Positions 52,301 to 64,000 of a stretch of 64,000 nucleotides of DNA are shown here, one piece after another. Positions within the stretch are counted from its first letter, which is position 1, and every line of letters begins with the position of its first letter. Source of the stretch: Tubiluchus corallicola (Eukaryota > Animalia > Priapulida); NCBI GenBank assembly GCA_030141605.1, contig JAQGDQ010000186.1:310001-374000 (forward strand), written 5' to 3'. The notes beneath the pieces are model-generated. The model was not told where the DNA came from and searched no databases. It saw only the letters and a program-made list of their open reading frames with translations. The translations under genes were made by a program, and so were the position numbers.

Positions 52301-55300
52301 AATTTTACTACAATCAACGTAATTTACTACATATCAATAGCATTTTACCATTAGCACACTCAAATCAATTTTAAAGAAAACAAAAATGCAAATTATTTTA
52401 TACACATTATTTTGTAGAAACTCACAACCTGGCAGACACATTTTGCATAATGTCCAAACAGTGTGAAATGAAAAATGATATAAAAAATCAAAACAGAAAG
52501 CTTGAAGTAGGATTTGTACCCACAACTTTTAGATGCAAAATAATCTTTCTAACCTACTGAGCCACGTCACCTCTGCTAGTTATTATAGACAGTGTGATGT
52601 AAGACTATAATCGTGCCCGCTGCGTGTGTATCAGTTTTAGATGTGAAATTTCTGCTGTTTTCACTTGTATTTAGTCGATCGATATTCGTGCTCATTTAGG
52701 AATTTTAGGGAAAAACTTGCATTGTCTTGTAGCTCAGCTCTTCCTCTTTCTAAAAAGCTATGAAACTCGCTTAAACATTCCCATAACATGCCCGACGAAC
52801 ATATTTTCTCGGCAGCGTTGCTAACATTTCAAGACTGAAATGGGACCTTCATTGGCGAAATATACCAGTATACAGCTGTAAGCAGAATCATAATTAAAAA
52901 TTGTACATGAATAAGTTTTTTGCTTGCTATGAAAGGCTTTAAATTAGCATTGGACATATACAGTAGGCGCCGCGTAATAGACTCACGGTTAATAGACTCA
53001 ACTGCTTAATTGACTCAAAAACGCCCGGAGCGGGCCGCTTCTACTCAAATTTATGTAAAAACTATCAGTAATTGACTCTAATAACTCTGCATAATTGACT
53101 CAATATTTTTCCTTCTCCTGCTTTAAATAAAAGGTTTGTATGTGCCAAAAGAGCCTTTCTAGTTTCGTGTCATCTTTACTTCCCTTTTCTGCACTATGTA
53201 TGCAGAAAAAATCATGTTCAGTACCATTTTGTTTGTAAGAAGGTATGTTTATCATGTGTTAATACGCTAGCGTAGAGGTTTGCTTTCAATCTGTTACCCG
53301 CTGGCCCACTGTTACCCAAAGAATTTCTGGAAGCTAAACATTTAATAACTTGCCTAACAGTTTCCTTTTGATGCTCTTGTTGCAAATCATGCTTTCAGGC
53401 TTAATGAGTTAACAGTCAAAGATGCAGGTACAGTAATCAGCACGTATGCCTTGTGACTTGTGTATGTAAGTGAGCAGAAGATTCAAAACTGCTTTAGTCA
53501 CACACAACAATAATATTTTCAACGTTTTTATAATTACGAGAACTTTGTGGGCCAACTTCTTTGCGAGAAAATGAAGCTGCCGACTTTGAAGGAATTTTTA
53601 TAATTTTTGCAAATAAACAGACTTAGAAAAATCTGTGATTTAGAAAAGCATGCTTTTTAATTTATTGCTGATTCACTTATATAAATTAATATTTTAAAAT
53701 ATTTTTTCTAATTTTTAACTGCACAAAGGAATTTAGGCATTACTTCATTTCTAAAATTCATTAAAAACTTTTTGCAGTGCATAGTGAGCTAATGACTCAT
53801 ACTTCTATACCTGTAATACTACGCCCATCGGTTAATAGGTTCAGTCGGTTAATTGGGTCAAAACACTTCGGGCCCAAAATGAGTCTATTAAACAGTGCCT
53901 ACTGTATATATCTTACATATGTCTTACGTACATAATATATAATAGACAACCTATATTCACAACTAATTTTATATTGTGCACCGGAATCGAGGTTTTACAT
54001 TGCAGATTCTTGGTAAGATTTAAACTAAAGTGGAAAGTGTTGGAAGTGCAGGACTAAACGAGAAGTACAGTATAGCTACTAAACTGGTCACAGTTCTGTT
54101 TATTTGTGGCTTCGTCACTAACTGTGTTGTACTTTCCTGCTGTGTGTAGACTACATGTAACTATATAAACTTAAACAATACTTTTTGTTGTTAAACAATA
54201 TATAATTTACTTATGTTACTCATTCGGTAATCTTCATGACCCCGAAAGTTCCATCAATAGATTGAGCTCTTCCTAATCTTTTGTTTGATGTGTTAGTTGA
54301 TAATATTCTCTTATTACTGTTTCCTGACTTCTGTATGACCCTGAATTTTTAACCTTTGCCAATTTTTAGAATGCATTCAGAAAAACCTTCAGGACCTCTT
54401 CGTATCACCTTGAAGGAGTTTATTTTGTGCTTTCGTTCAACATGTAATGTGATTCTGTTCTTACACCCATTTGCTTATTAATTTTTTAACAACTTACTAT
54501 TGTCCTCACTTTCAAAAAACTTTTTTTAAGAATCACTGTGTCTGTTCCCTGATGTTCAAATATGGCTACTTATTATATTATGGAATTTCTTGTCTGCTAA
54601 ACCTTAGCTTTTTCTACAAAAAGTGATTAAATTGCAACTTAGGTATAGATATCAGCTGACCGTTGTTCAGATAATATCCAGTTACCTGTTGTCCAGTGTA
54701 ATTGAAAAAATGTTCAAGTCATACAGTAATTTGCATTTTGAAATGTTGATGTTTCCATGTGTTGTATTTCAGTTCACTGTGGCAGCATTAGGCAAACAGC
54801 CACAATTGTCTCAATGTCTAAAGACTGCTTACGAACCGGAGACAAAGCGAGCGTAAAATTTCATTTCATAAAAAATCCAGAATTCTTGCGACTTGACCAG
54901 AGGCTGGTCTTCAGAGAAGGTCGAACAAAAGCTGTTGGAAATATAACAAAACTGTATCCACATACACCAGGTAATATACACAACCTCACAGTTTTTATCA
55001 GGTGCTAATCAAAGAAACGCATTTAACTGGCAGAAAATGACTAATAAGTGGGTTTAGCTCTTTTTAACAATCAAGCAACTTCTGCTCCTGTGAAAAATCA
55101 TGACCAAATTACCCCAAAAGGCATGACAGTAATGAAAAGAAATATTGGTTATTTTACGCTAATTAAGTAGTACTATTATACAGGGGCGTAGCCAGGATCT
55201 AAAGTTAGGAGGAGCAAGCACATAAAAAAGTGTGACACATACTAAACAGTTTTAATGCATAGATTCTTTCTCTCGATTTACGACTTCTTTTATCTTGTTT

Positions 55301-57080
55301 CTGTCCCGTCCAGATAGTTTCTCAGTGTTTTTCTTCACGACATTCCTTCGCATCATTACCAGAAAAAAATCTACGATAATATGCTTGATATTCTAAACAC
55401 TCTTAAAACAACAGACATGATAATTATACCACCCTCATAGTAAAATGTAAAGACAATTTAGACAATGAGTTAAATAAATGCACGTTCATTTTAAAAACAT
55501 GGGCTGTAGGTTGGTCAAATAAAGTAATGACTCCAGAAAAAGCTTCCAAAGGTTATGCAATTAAAAAAGAGAAATATGAAAGCATTGGACTTTTATCGTA
55601 TAAGTGAACTAAAGAGTTTAAAAAACTGTTGAAAAGGCTCTAATTTTGAAAAATTTGCTCGGAGGAACGGTTGCTCCCCTATTAGCTATGCCACTGCGAT
55701 CATACATAGTACTGAAAAGTTAAAGGAAAAACCAACCCTCGAACAAGAACAACAACAACAATAAACTTGTTTTTAATAGACACTTAAAAATATTGAAATT
55801 ACCATATGATATGTGTGCATAAAATGTCTTGCTTAAAAATGTAAAGGAAATTAAAATCATTTTGTCTCCCACCAAACGACCCTTGCTGCAGAATATTTCC
55901 AAAAACGATGTAAGCTGGTGGGATAGCACAAAGCTTCTGCAGAAATTGTACTATTTTAGCTGATGAAATATTTGTGTTTATGTAAAAATTAGTCGGCGGA
56001 TCAATTTGCAATAACTTTAAAGTGCTTACATTGCTTTAACCCTCAGGCTTATACCTCTAAATGCGTGTGTACTACACAATATAATAACACACTTAAGCAT
56101 GGAATCCAGCGAGGCTGTAAGCATATAAGAGGTGCTAGGCAGTTTAATTATCTTATAGAGTTCATTGTTATCTTGTTAAAATAATTATTTAACTGTTTTT
56201 CATTACATAGTGGGCAAAGGCATTTATCAAAAAACAAAAAAAATAGTATTAATAATCTTTCGTTTAACATTTTTGGATTGTTTGTAGTTAATAATAGTCA
56301 CTGCAGCTGCAAAAGAAGTTCGCTCAAGCACCTTGCAAGTTAAGTGTTTATTTGGCACGGCAACCAGATGGCACCCTTTTTTGTTCAAAATGTGTACACC
56401 TAAGCTTGAAGCGATCACGCTTTTAAGTTGATTTTGCTAATTACACCAGGCACTTATCACAATTTTATTGCTGAAACTTTGTAACATTTTTTTCAAATAC
56501 TAGTATAAGGTCAACTTCATGATGGACTTGGCTTTTGCTTTAAGGAAACGTGCAATTCATGGTTTTTTAACAGAGTTAATTACCGTGTAACAATGCAGTT
56601 AGTAAGTTTGTTGAATAAGGTGATTTCCAATTCTTTCTACACATTTACATTTACACATGCAGAGTTTTTTCTTTTTTCATTTATATAAAAGTGGCCATGA
56701 TGGAATAATGTGGTTAAAATGCCATGGTATAAACCAGTCTAATTTGTGAATCTAGTTGGCTGGTTTTGTAACAGTCTGAATATGTGCTTATGTATTAGCT
56801 TTACACTTCTACTCCATTAAAGACAATTTCTATTGTTTTGGTTTAATGTGGTAGTTATTTGAACAATTTTGCAGGCTCACAGTTAGGACAACATCGAGGT
56901 AAGGTTAGTAAAAACCGGGGTGAAGGTCCTGGACCTCATCACCAACCTGATAACTTTACTCCTGTGACAGCAGCTTCCCCAGTCAAAATCAAGCCAGAAA
57001 ATGAACCTCAGAAAGCCAGCAAACGAAACAGAGGTGGACGAACACGGACAGCAAAAGCCAAAACAGATTTTTCAATATGA
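43385..57080 (+). CDS. GTPBP1: GTP-binding protein 1 (translational GTPase, GTPBP1/2 family), 12 coding exons, 627 aa
   Basis: Exons 43385-43528, 44189-44291, 44914-45094, 45521-45669, 46327-46430, 46804-46899, 47146-47384, 47756-47900, 51174-51356, 51685-51820, 54773-54970, 56875-57080. Phases join, total 1884 nt. G1 [18 protein letters not shown]3 DLAGHE, G4 TKID; GPDPLG and [10 protein letters not shown] segments are GTPBP1-like. The first and last exons are poorly conserved and less certain. Confidence 0.93.
45670..46326 (+). other. GC-AG intron (GTPBP1 intron 4)
   Basis: The conserved peptide SSVG|NDILGF is only produced by donor AG|GCAAGT at 45670 joined to acceptor ccacag|GT at 46327. 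Nearby GT donors give frameshifts or stops. Confidence 0.85.
48532..49643 (+). mobile_element. Internally deleted hAT transposon, 1112 bp, GTPBP1 intron 8
   Basis: TIRs cagtggcatcgtgc / gcacgacgcccctg. Perfect 8-bp TSD tgtgcact (48524-48531, 49644-49651). Remnant of the hAT C-terminal dimerization domain [34 protein letters not shown] at ~49273-49375. Internal 32-bp tandem repeat at ~48939-49000. Confidence 0.9.
50118..50927 (+). mobile_element. Internally deleted pogo-family (Tc1/mariner superfamily) element, TA TSD
   Basis: TA|ccgtatatactcgcatataagcc ... ggcttatatgcgagtatatacgg|TA. Transposase remnant [24 protein letters not shown]...IGNMDET (end of the CENP-B-type HTH through the first catalytic D) at ~50645-50820. 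Confidence 0.9.
50289..50546. mobile_element. hAT-type MITE (258 bp) nested inside the pogo element
   Basis: Perfect 13-bp TIR cagtggtgtattg / caatacaccactg. Perfect 8-bp TSD tgtgtcac (50281-50288, 50547-50554). Confidence 0.9.
52500..52573 (-). mobile_element. Degenerate tRNA-derived head (SINE-like or repeat-embedded)
   Basis: Minus strand gaggtgacgTGGCTCAGTAGGttag...gGGTACAAATCCtac has an A-box and a decayed B-box at tRNA-like spacing, but no intact cloverleaf. Confidence 0.4.
52961..53904 (+). mobile_element. Tigger/pogo-like non-autonomous element, 944 bp, TA TSD
   Basis: TA|cagtaggcgccgcgtaatagactca ... tgagtctattaaacagtgcctactg|TA, with subterminal taatngactc repeats. Weak remnant LTVKDAG.VI....[12 protein letters not shown] resembles the Tigger transposase C-terminal motif. 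Confidence 0.8.
55181..55696. mobile_element. Older hAT-type MITE, 516 bp
   Basis: TIRs caggggcgtagc / gctatgccactg. Flanks ctattata and cgatcata match 6/8 (decayed TSD). Confidence 0.65.
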
Positions 57081-57851
57081 GTTTTGCTTAGTTTTAGAAA
57101 TTATGTAAGTGATACTTAATGTGTTTTGATGCTTCTGTATAAATTTTTTATTGTGATCTACAACGTACTTTGTACTTTCAATTAAGGTATGTTCGTCTAG
57201 CAGACTATTGTATTTATAACACCGTTTTTATTGTCACTTTCCTGCAGTTGTATTTTCTTTCTCGTCTACATACAATAAGTATTTCTTTTTTTAAATATGC
57301 TGTTTCTTTCAAGTTATGAGGTATAGCCTCCTTCTTTAGTTTTGTAATAGTGCATGCTCGATCTTCTTCTTTATTCTTTTGCAGCAACTGCTTTAAGATA
57401 TTTTATCATGATAACCAGATCTGCCTGATATATTATGACTTCCTTTACAAGTGATTTTATTTGAATGTTTTTAATTCGGTTTGCTCTTCAGTTGCTAATT
57501 TCGTAAATTTTATCAATGTTTACCGTCCTGTACATTTTTATTGCTCTCGTCTACCCCTTTTTGTGCATTGGATCAATAATTGCCAATATTGACAACTTTT
57601 ACTGATGATTTTTCTTGAGGGCTTTTAATTCATTTCGCTTAACAGTGCTAACTTTCTTAAATTTTATGGATTTTCCATCATTCTGCTTGTTTATACTTCT
57701 TGTTTTTTGCAAATGCAGCTATGCATTAGCCCCCACGTAGCCATACATATACCAAAGCATAATGTCGTTGTCATTTTGTGGTTTATAATTGTTTGTATGA
57801 CGATTCAGCAGTTTAGACCTTTCTATGCTAATGATATGGTAATTGATGCAA

Positions 57852-57857
57852 AATAAA
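57852..57857 (+). terminator. Candidate GTPBP1 polyadenylation signal (second candidate at 58091-58096)
   Basis: AATAAA after a ~770-nt U-rich stretch following the stop codon. The hexamer is common in AT-rich DNA, so this is weak. Confidence 0.35.
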
Positions 57858-57922
57858 AATAAGAACTATACTGTAATGACAGTAATGTACAAGCTTCTTT
57901 CTACCAACTGTTTATTACCATC

Positions 57923-58069
57923 AATTTACAAAGCAATTGATGATATAGAGTAGGACAAACTGTGTACTGTGCTAAATTTTTCTAATGCATAGAGCAAAAG
58001 AATGCATTAGAGAAATTTAGCACAGTGCCCAGTTTGTCCTACTCTATATCATTAATTGCGTTGTAAATT
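57923..58069. repeat. Long inverted repeat: 68-bp arms, 11-nt loop
   Basis: Arms 57923-57990 and 58002-58069 are reverse complements at 63/68 positions. Confidence 0.95.
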
Positions 58070-58621
58070 CTACTGCCATCAATTATTCGAAATAAAGTTA
58101 ACATAATGACATATGACATAAAATTAAAGAGATATTGGTCACATTAAAAATAACAGTGCTAGCAAACTCCATTCATTAAAGAAGTTTTTAAAGGGATTTT
58201 AAAAACTGCAGTTAAGCAATCATTAAGTAGAATGAGTGAAAATGAGTAGAATGATGTGATGTCGTACATCTATGGGCGATGGTGATACACATATTTTAGA
58301 CATGATACCTATATTATATAGGTCTCGCTTGCACTATTATTTGTAATGCAATCAGTCTTTCTTTAATTTGATCTTACAGTGTAAATAGATGATGACAGTT
58401 GAGTTTATTAAGCAGTCCATAACATAGTGTAGTCACATTAGGCACTGCCAAAATTTACAGAGACATGAACTATTTCAAAACTTTTAAAATGTGAAATTTT
58501 AGCAACGATCTGTTCCTTTAGAGCCTTTAATCAAATCCCAATTTTTATTCGCAGTCTTTCTTGAGCTGTTGGAATAGTTTATGCACAGTACAAGCACTTA
58601 CATGAAAGTAACTCTTTCTGA

Positions 58622-58893
58622 GACCAGACGGTTTAGCCTAGTGGTAATGCATCTGCTTTCCATCTGGGAGGTAGTGAGTTCGAACCAGTGGCTGGGTCAT
58701 ACCAAAGACTTTAAAAATGGTACCTGCTTTGCCCTGCCTGACGCGTGGTATTTAGGGTAAAGTGGGGTAATAATAGTCTCTGTTATGTAGTTGTAGGTTG
58801 TTATTTACAGTCGGCGATAATAGCTCTATGAGCTAATGTTAATTGTTGATCCAAAAGCCGACTTTAAATAAAGATTATTATTATTATTATTAT
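58622..58893 (+). mobile_element. tRNA-derived SINE with Meta-type central domain and (TTA)n tail
   Basis: A-box tagcctagtgg (58634-58644) and B-box gagttcgaacc (58676-58686). These are followed by gggtcataccaaagactttaaaaatggtacctgct, which resembles the MetaSINE core as I recall it, and a 3' tail aataaag(att)n. Confidence 0.8.
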
Positions 58894-59917
58894 ATTACAT
58901 GTAAAGCAACGGTACTCATAAGCAAAAGATATTTAGAAATAAGAAACATGTTCTCATATGATAATGCAAGTGAATAATTACAGCATCTGCAATGAATACC
59001 ACAATCACATCCACATGTCTGAAATACTGCAAATACTGTAATTTTTTCATACGTTGTATCTTGGAAGTTTTGTCATGTTATATTAGCCAGTTCTGTAATA
59101 TAACTAAATATGTGCCAGTAAAGAAAAGCAAAAAAGCTAATTACAAAAACATGCTTGTTTTCAAATATGTTCACACAATGTAGTATCAAAGCTAAATGGA
59201 GATGAATTCCAACTTTTCAAAATAAGTACAAGATGTGGATAACTGGTATGAGAACTACTTTTTTTAAAGACAAAATGTTTTACCATTACATGACATTATT
59301 TTTGATACTTCAAAACATTCATACGCTTAGACAAAACTTAATATTAACGGTAGTAAATAATTTCTAAATGCACCAATTACAATGGAATTACTAATTCAGC
59401 ACAGTTTACAAACCTAGTATGTTCGTCTAATCAAAAGTCAGATTTACACAACCGAGACATTTGCAGCAAAAAATGCTTTGCGCGATATTTATTAAAAGAA
59501 AACCAGCAGCCTAACGGTTAATCTTTTTTATCTTCATTTGGTAAATTTATTAATTGAATTAATAAATTTTCATGTATTTGCTTTGACGGCAGTTTCTTTA
59601 CATTTTTTGCTACCTGATATGAGTGCAAACTTGAACAATTAACAATTTTAAAAAATAATTGATCAATGCTGACAGTGGAACTGATAACCTAACACTAAAC
59701 TGCATGACATTAATAACAAAATTGCTATTCAGTTGTTCAATTAAAGCAAACTCTTGATTAACTTGGCAAAACACGCTTCAAAAGTAGACAAAGTTCATTG
59801 ATTTATTTATGTAGACAACTATTGATTTATGCGTTACATGTTATCCCCATAGCAGCTATGAATACAGGTAGCTGTTTTTATATTAACTAAAGTTTTTCTT
59901 TTAACATATGACTGTAA

Positions 59918-62718
59918 CTAATTGACTGTGACAGCAGCCCCTTGAAGATAAGTTTGCAAACACTTGGCAGCATCAGCAGCCAAGCCAGAACTAATTTTTC
60001 CAGTTACTTCTCCAGGATATGCAGTGCTTAGCTTGTGAAGTTGCTTAGCAAGATAGAGTTTGGCATCAAGAATTTTACCGTTAAAAGGATCCAGCTCTGA
60101 CTTTCCTGCAAAAACCAAACGAGAGTAAGTAGTCTGGTAACCTGCCACATCCTCCACTTCAATGAAGTGTTCATCGTCTGGTAGAGATTCATCTTGTGGA
60201 AGCTCAAATAAACCAATCAATGTCTGCAGAAGTGATGGCCACAAATTTGAGTAGTCTCCTTTAAATACTTCTGGACATTCTGTTAAAATCAAAGTCATGC
60301 CCACTGCACAGATTTTCCTTTCGATGTTGCCAGCTACTTTTTGTACGTCTGCTATATATAATCTCTCTAAGACCATGCCAAACATCTTAACTTGAATACT
60401 GTCAATAATTTGAATTAAAGCTGGTGCTCCTCGCAGCCATGCAAACAGGCTGAAAAAAACTAGTAAGCCCTTCACATACTTTGTAGTCTTTGAACTAGTC
60501 AGCCTCTGGAAAAGTACTAAAAATACTTGCTTCAAATAAGGGTCCAAAAGCTCAGGGGAGATATGTTGTACAATGCTTGACATTAGGTAGAAACCCTCAT
60601 GATCATTCGATTTAGAAGCTATTAACTTCTGGAAGATGCCAAGTAGCCCAGTTAGCTTTTCACCAGCCACAACACTGTCCTTGCCATGTTCAATAAAAGC
60701 TTGCAGGAGCCGTACTAAAGCAGGAATGTTTCCAGGGCGTTCCCATAAGACAGGTATCAACAAATGAGGATATAAAGCCATGTACGAATTTGGCACAGTA
60801 TCTTTATGCATTTCCAAAAGCAATGACAAAATCTGGAAAACATACGGAATAAATTCTTGACAATCCTGCGTAAGAATCTCCTGGAATGGAGGAAAGAGGG
60901 CATTCTCAAAATTGGTAACAGACTCCGGGTTTGTTGCGCATGTCACCTTTATACACAGGCTCAGCGCTTCAAACAAATAATGATTAAAATGAGGCTTGCT
61001 GGGATTTTTAGAGACAGCAAGTAAGATTTGATTGAGTTTTGGAATAATGGCAGGAATGTAAGGAACAGCAGCTTCTTGTAGTAGTGACACGGTTCGCATT
61101 ATTGCCTTCATAATGTACTCATTTTCACTAGATCCAGGTGAAGACAATGCATTGAAAAGACTGGATACTAAAGACTCGGCTACTGGATGCACATCTTCTT
61201 TTAGTATAAGTGCATGACCTTGCGGGGTTTTGACAGTGAAAAGTCGTTCCAAAGTATGTGCAGCATAGCTATGAACAACCACTGCTTGAGCACCAAGATA
61301 TTTTACTAGTACTGGTAAGCAGCCTACAATTAATTCTTTGGGCAGTTGGTTTCTGAATGTCATAATATATTTGATACAGTCGGCCTTTAGTACAGGATGA
61401 GTGTTAATATTAGCAGCCTGAAGTTCGGGTGCTATAGTACTAGTGAAAAAGTCAGCAACATTAACAAGACCGCTAGTTTGTGTTATACCGTGCTTTTGCG
61501 TTTGTGCTTTAGCTGCTACAGATGTCACTAAAAGGATGGCAGTGTCTTTGCATTTCCAATTTGCTGAGGAATCCTTGGCAAATTCTTGAAGCAATGCTTG
61601 AATGTACTGAGCAAAAATGTCTGTCACAGGTTTCTCAAAAAACTTGCAGAGAGCTCGAACTAAATCACAAGCTGACCTTCTCCTTGTATCAAAATCAGAA
61701 CCCTCAATGTCTCTGCGAATATATTCTTCCGGGTTGTCTTCAAACTGTTCTTCATCAGCAGGTCTAACCTCAATGTTCGGTACTATTACTTTCTCGCAAA
61801 TACTAGTTAATGTACTTTGGTTCTCAAATAAATGTTTGTAATGCTGCCTGTCAGCCACTGTAGCGAGAAACTGGATGGCATTGCTGACCAACAAATCATA
61901 CTTTACCTGTGCTCCAGTATTAACAAGCAAATGCCACACGGCTGTAACAAAACTAGGTAAGTAAGGTTTAAATTCTTCGTCATATTTCTGTGCATACATT
62001 GTGATGTTGTCACAGATCTGAGAACGCAGAGTTTCCAACAACCCACACTCTGAGTCGTCTTCTGTATTCAGCAATTTATTGTTGATACTTAATAGGCTAA
62101 GAAATGCAGTCATCCACACCTCCATGTTATCCTCAAAATATTCCGGAAGATCCTGAAAATTAAGACTGTAGAAAAGCTTACATATCAAGACCAAAGAGCT
62201 AAAAATGACCTTCAGTGCAGCTGGGTCACTTGCATGCTCTTTGCTGAGTATCATCGTAGCCTTAAAAAGCTCTGTCAGCGGAGCAGCAAAGTTATCCAAC
62301 ACATACTTAATCTCCGTCCACAGTTCCTGTGATTTGAATTCATGTCGATAACGTTTGAATAAAGAATGAGCCGTCTGAAGGACTCCATTAATGAGATGGA
62401 AATCACCACTTTGAAACTTAAACACCATGTCACCTAACAGGTGTGGCCATTTTTCTGGAAAGTCTTCTCGACCAATAATGCTGATAGCATCACTGAGCTG
62501 TCGCTGCAGTTGATCCGGGCTGTGTAACATTAATTCCACAATTTCTGATTTAATGGCTTGTCTATCCAGCTCATGTATTTTGTCCGTACCTTCCTCGGTG
62601 ACACGCCAATTCCGCTTTATAAAGTTTTTAAAAGTTATAGCTGAACTGATGCGCAAAGGCAATGCAACGTCTGATTTATTCACCAGGTGGAGGAGCAAAA
62701 GAGGATAATTCTGGTTAC
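59918..62718 (-). CDS. CSE1L: Exportin-2 / CAS; 2801-nt terminal coding exon, 5'-partial (N-terminal ~38 aa in an upstream exon not found in the window)
   Basis: ORF 59918-62698 extends upstream to an acceptor ttcttcttgcag|GT AAC CAG AAT TAT CCT (GNQNYPLLLLHL) at 62718. Conserved CSE1 motifs: FKNFIKRNW, SDAISIIGREDFP, FEDNPEEYIRRDIEGSD.DTRRR, KNPSKPHFNHYLFE, LWERPGNIPALVRLL. Confidence 0.95.
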
Positions 62719-64000
62719 CTGCAAGAAGAATATTTTTTATTATAAAAAGTGAACTAACTTTGAAATGGAATTAACTGACTTAATGCAATTATATTAGTCA
62801 AACGAAAACAAAACTACTTTGTAGGCATTCAACAATATTTTAAGTTTTTGTTAATGTTGTCAATAACAGTTAAAAATAATCTCTATGGCAGTGAGAAACA
62901 ACTTTACTTGCATTAATTTTCACATTTCTCTTCAAAACTTTTAGGCACATCAGTATTGTCATAAGGTGCTTTTTTAACAAATTTACACAAATTCAGCACA
63001 ATGAAATTTATTTTACAAAACCAAAACATTTTACAAAACAATGTGTTTACATTCAAGTGTAGTTTTGATTGTAGGCCAGCAACAGTTTCAGCTTAGTATC
63101 AATTAGGCTTAGAGAGGTCTCAGCCCATTTGCGGTGGTTTCCATTCAGCCCAAGTATACTACTAACCTTGTATATTTTCATGTAATGTAATGCCCTATTT
63201 CCAGTTTCTACTTTTCAAATAGTCAATTTGCTTTCACCAAAATCCCAACTGTTCAGTGCCCCAATGTCCTGATGCTCAATTTATAATATGATTATTAATT
63301 ATTGATCAATTTTATATACATAGATTTCATAATTAGACGACATACTGATTCTGATTTGGAGGAAGCAAAACTTAACTTTACTGGTCTAACCCAATCTTAC
63401 AACTCTCTGCTCGCTCTACTTAACTGCCGACAGATGGCAGCACTATAAAGTATATAGCCTAGATGGCCCAATAGTAAGATTGTCCAATTAGCCTCGTTTC
63501 CCATCCTGCTATATTGGGCATTCTAGCCCAAAACCAGATCAAACCACATTTTTTAAAAATGGCACCTATTGTTCTGCCAAGCACTCGGAAATTGGGATTA
63601 TAAAACATATACCATAACCCGGGGTGATTCGGAGAAGTTTTTCACGATTAATTTTTCTGAACATTAATAAAAAGTGAACTATGTTTCACTACAACATTGT
63701 GTTTTTAAACTAATATCACACAGAGTTTCAATGTAGTAGATTTAATTTTAACCTAGTCTTTTTTTATTTAAAAACATATACAAAAACCCCAGATACTTTG
63801 GGCGTCTCAGATACCCTATTGATTTAATGGATTACCCATGTATTTAAACATTAAACAAGTGTGTGATGGATACAGTTACCCCTTTTAAAGAAATTGTAAA
63901 GCCAACAGCACTACAACACAAAACACATTACTATCTGTTAAAACATGTACAACACGCTGTATCAGCATGCAAAGCCGGCTGACTCCAGATTTACATAATT

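Noticed and set aside
58622-58700. tRNA gene
   Set aside because: Stems are imperfect and the sequence continues into a SINE body and (TTA)n tail with no Pol III terminator directly after it.
61522-61841. Plus-strand ORFs overlapping CSE1L
   Set aside because: Antisense shadows of a real coding sequence.
62696-62698. ORF-track start of the 926-aa CSE1L ORF
   Set aside because: It is a TTG (Leu) inside the exon. Homology continues upstream to a splice acceptor at 62718.
63108-63144. ATG GAA (ME...) on the minus strand as the CSE1L first exon
   Set aside because: The frame stops after 11 codons and does not resemble the CSE1L N-terminus.

Overview
AT-rich animal (probably invertebrate) nuclear DNA; no prokaryotic operons, CRISPR arrays or rRNA genes. 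Four conserved housekeeping genes were reconstructed by hand from splice sites and reading phase: intronless KIF16B (minus, 22743-25736), 7-exon PDCD10/CCM3 (minus, 28106-40605), 12-exon GTPBP1 (plus, 43385-57080, head-to-head with PDCD10, one GC-AG intron), and CSE1L/exportin-2 (minus, one 2.8-kb terminal exon 59918-62718; its first coding exon was not found and probably lies beyond the window). The first ~22 kb has no recognisable gene. It holds decayed transposons, hairpins, microsatellites and a few candidate minus-strand exons. Introns carry many cut-and-paste elements (hAT with 8-bp TSDs, pogo/Tigger, two nested insertions, and an unclassified TGT...ACA element with a 7-bp TSD) and a LINE fragment, and a tRNA-derived SINE lies between GTPBP1 and CSE1L. 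I see no convincing new biological system. The most notable points are gene-specific near-total intron loss beside intron-conserving neighbours, the 7-bp-TSD element, and a 68-bp hairpin between two poly(A) signals downstream of GTPBP1. Homology calls rest on remembered protein sequences, not database searches.
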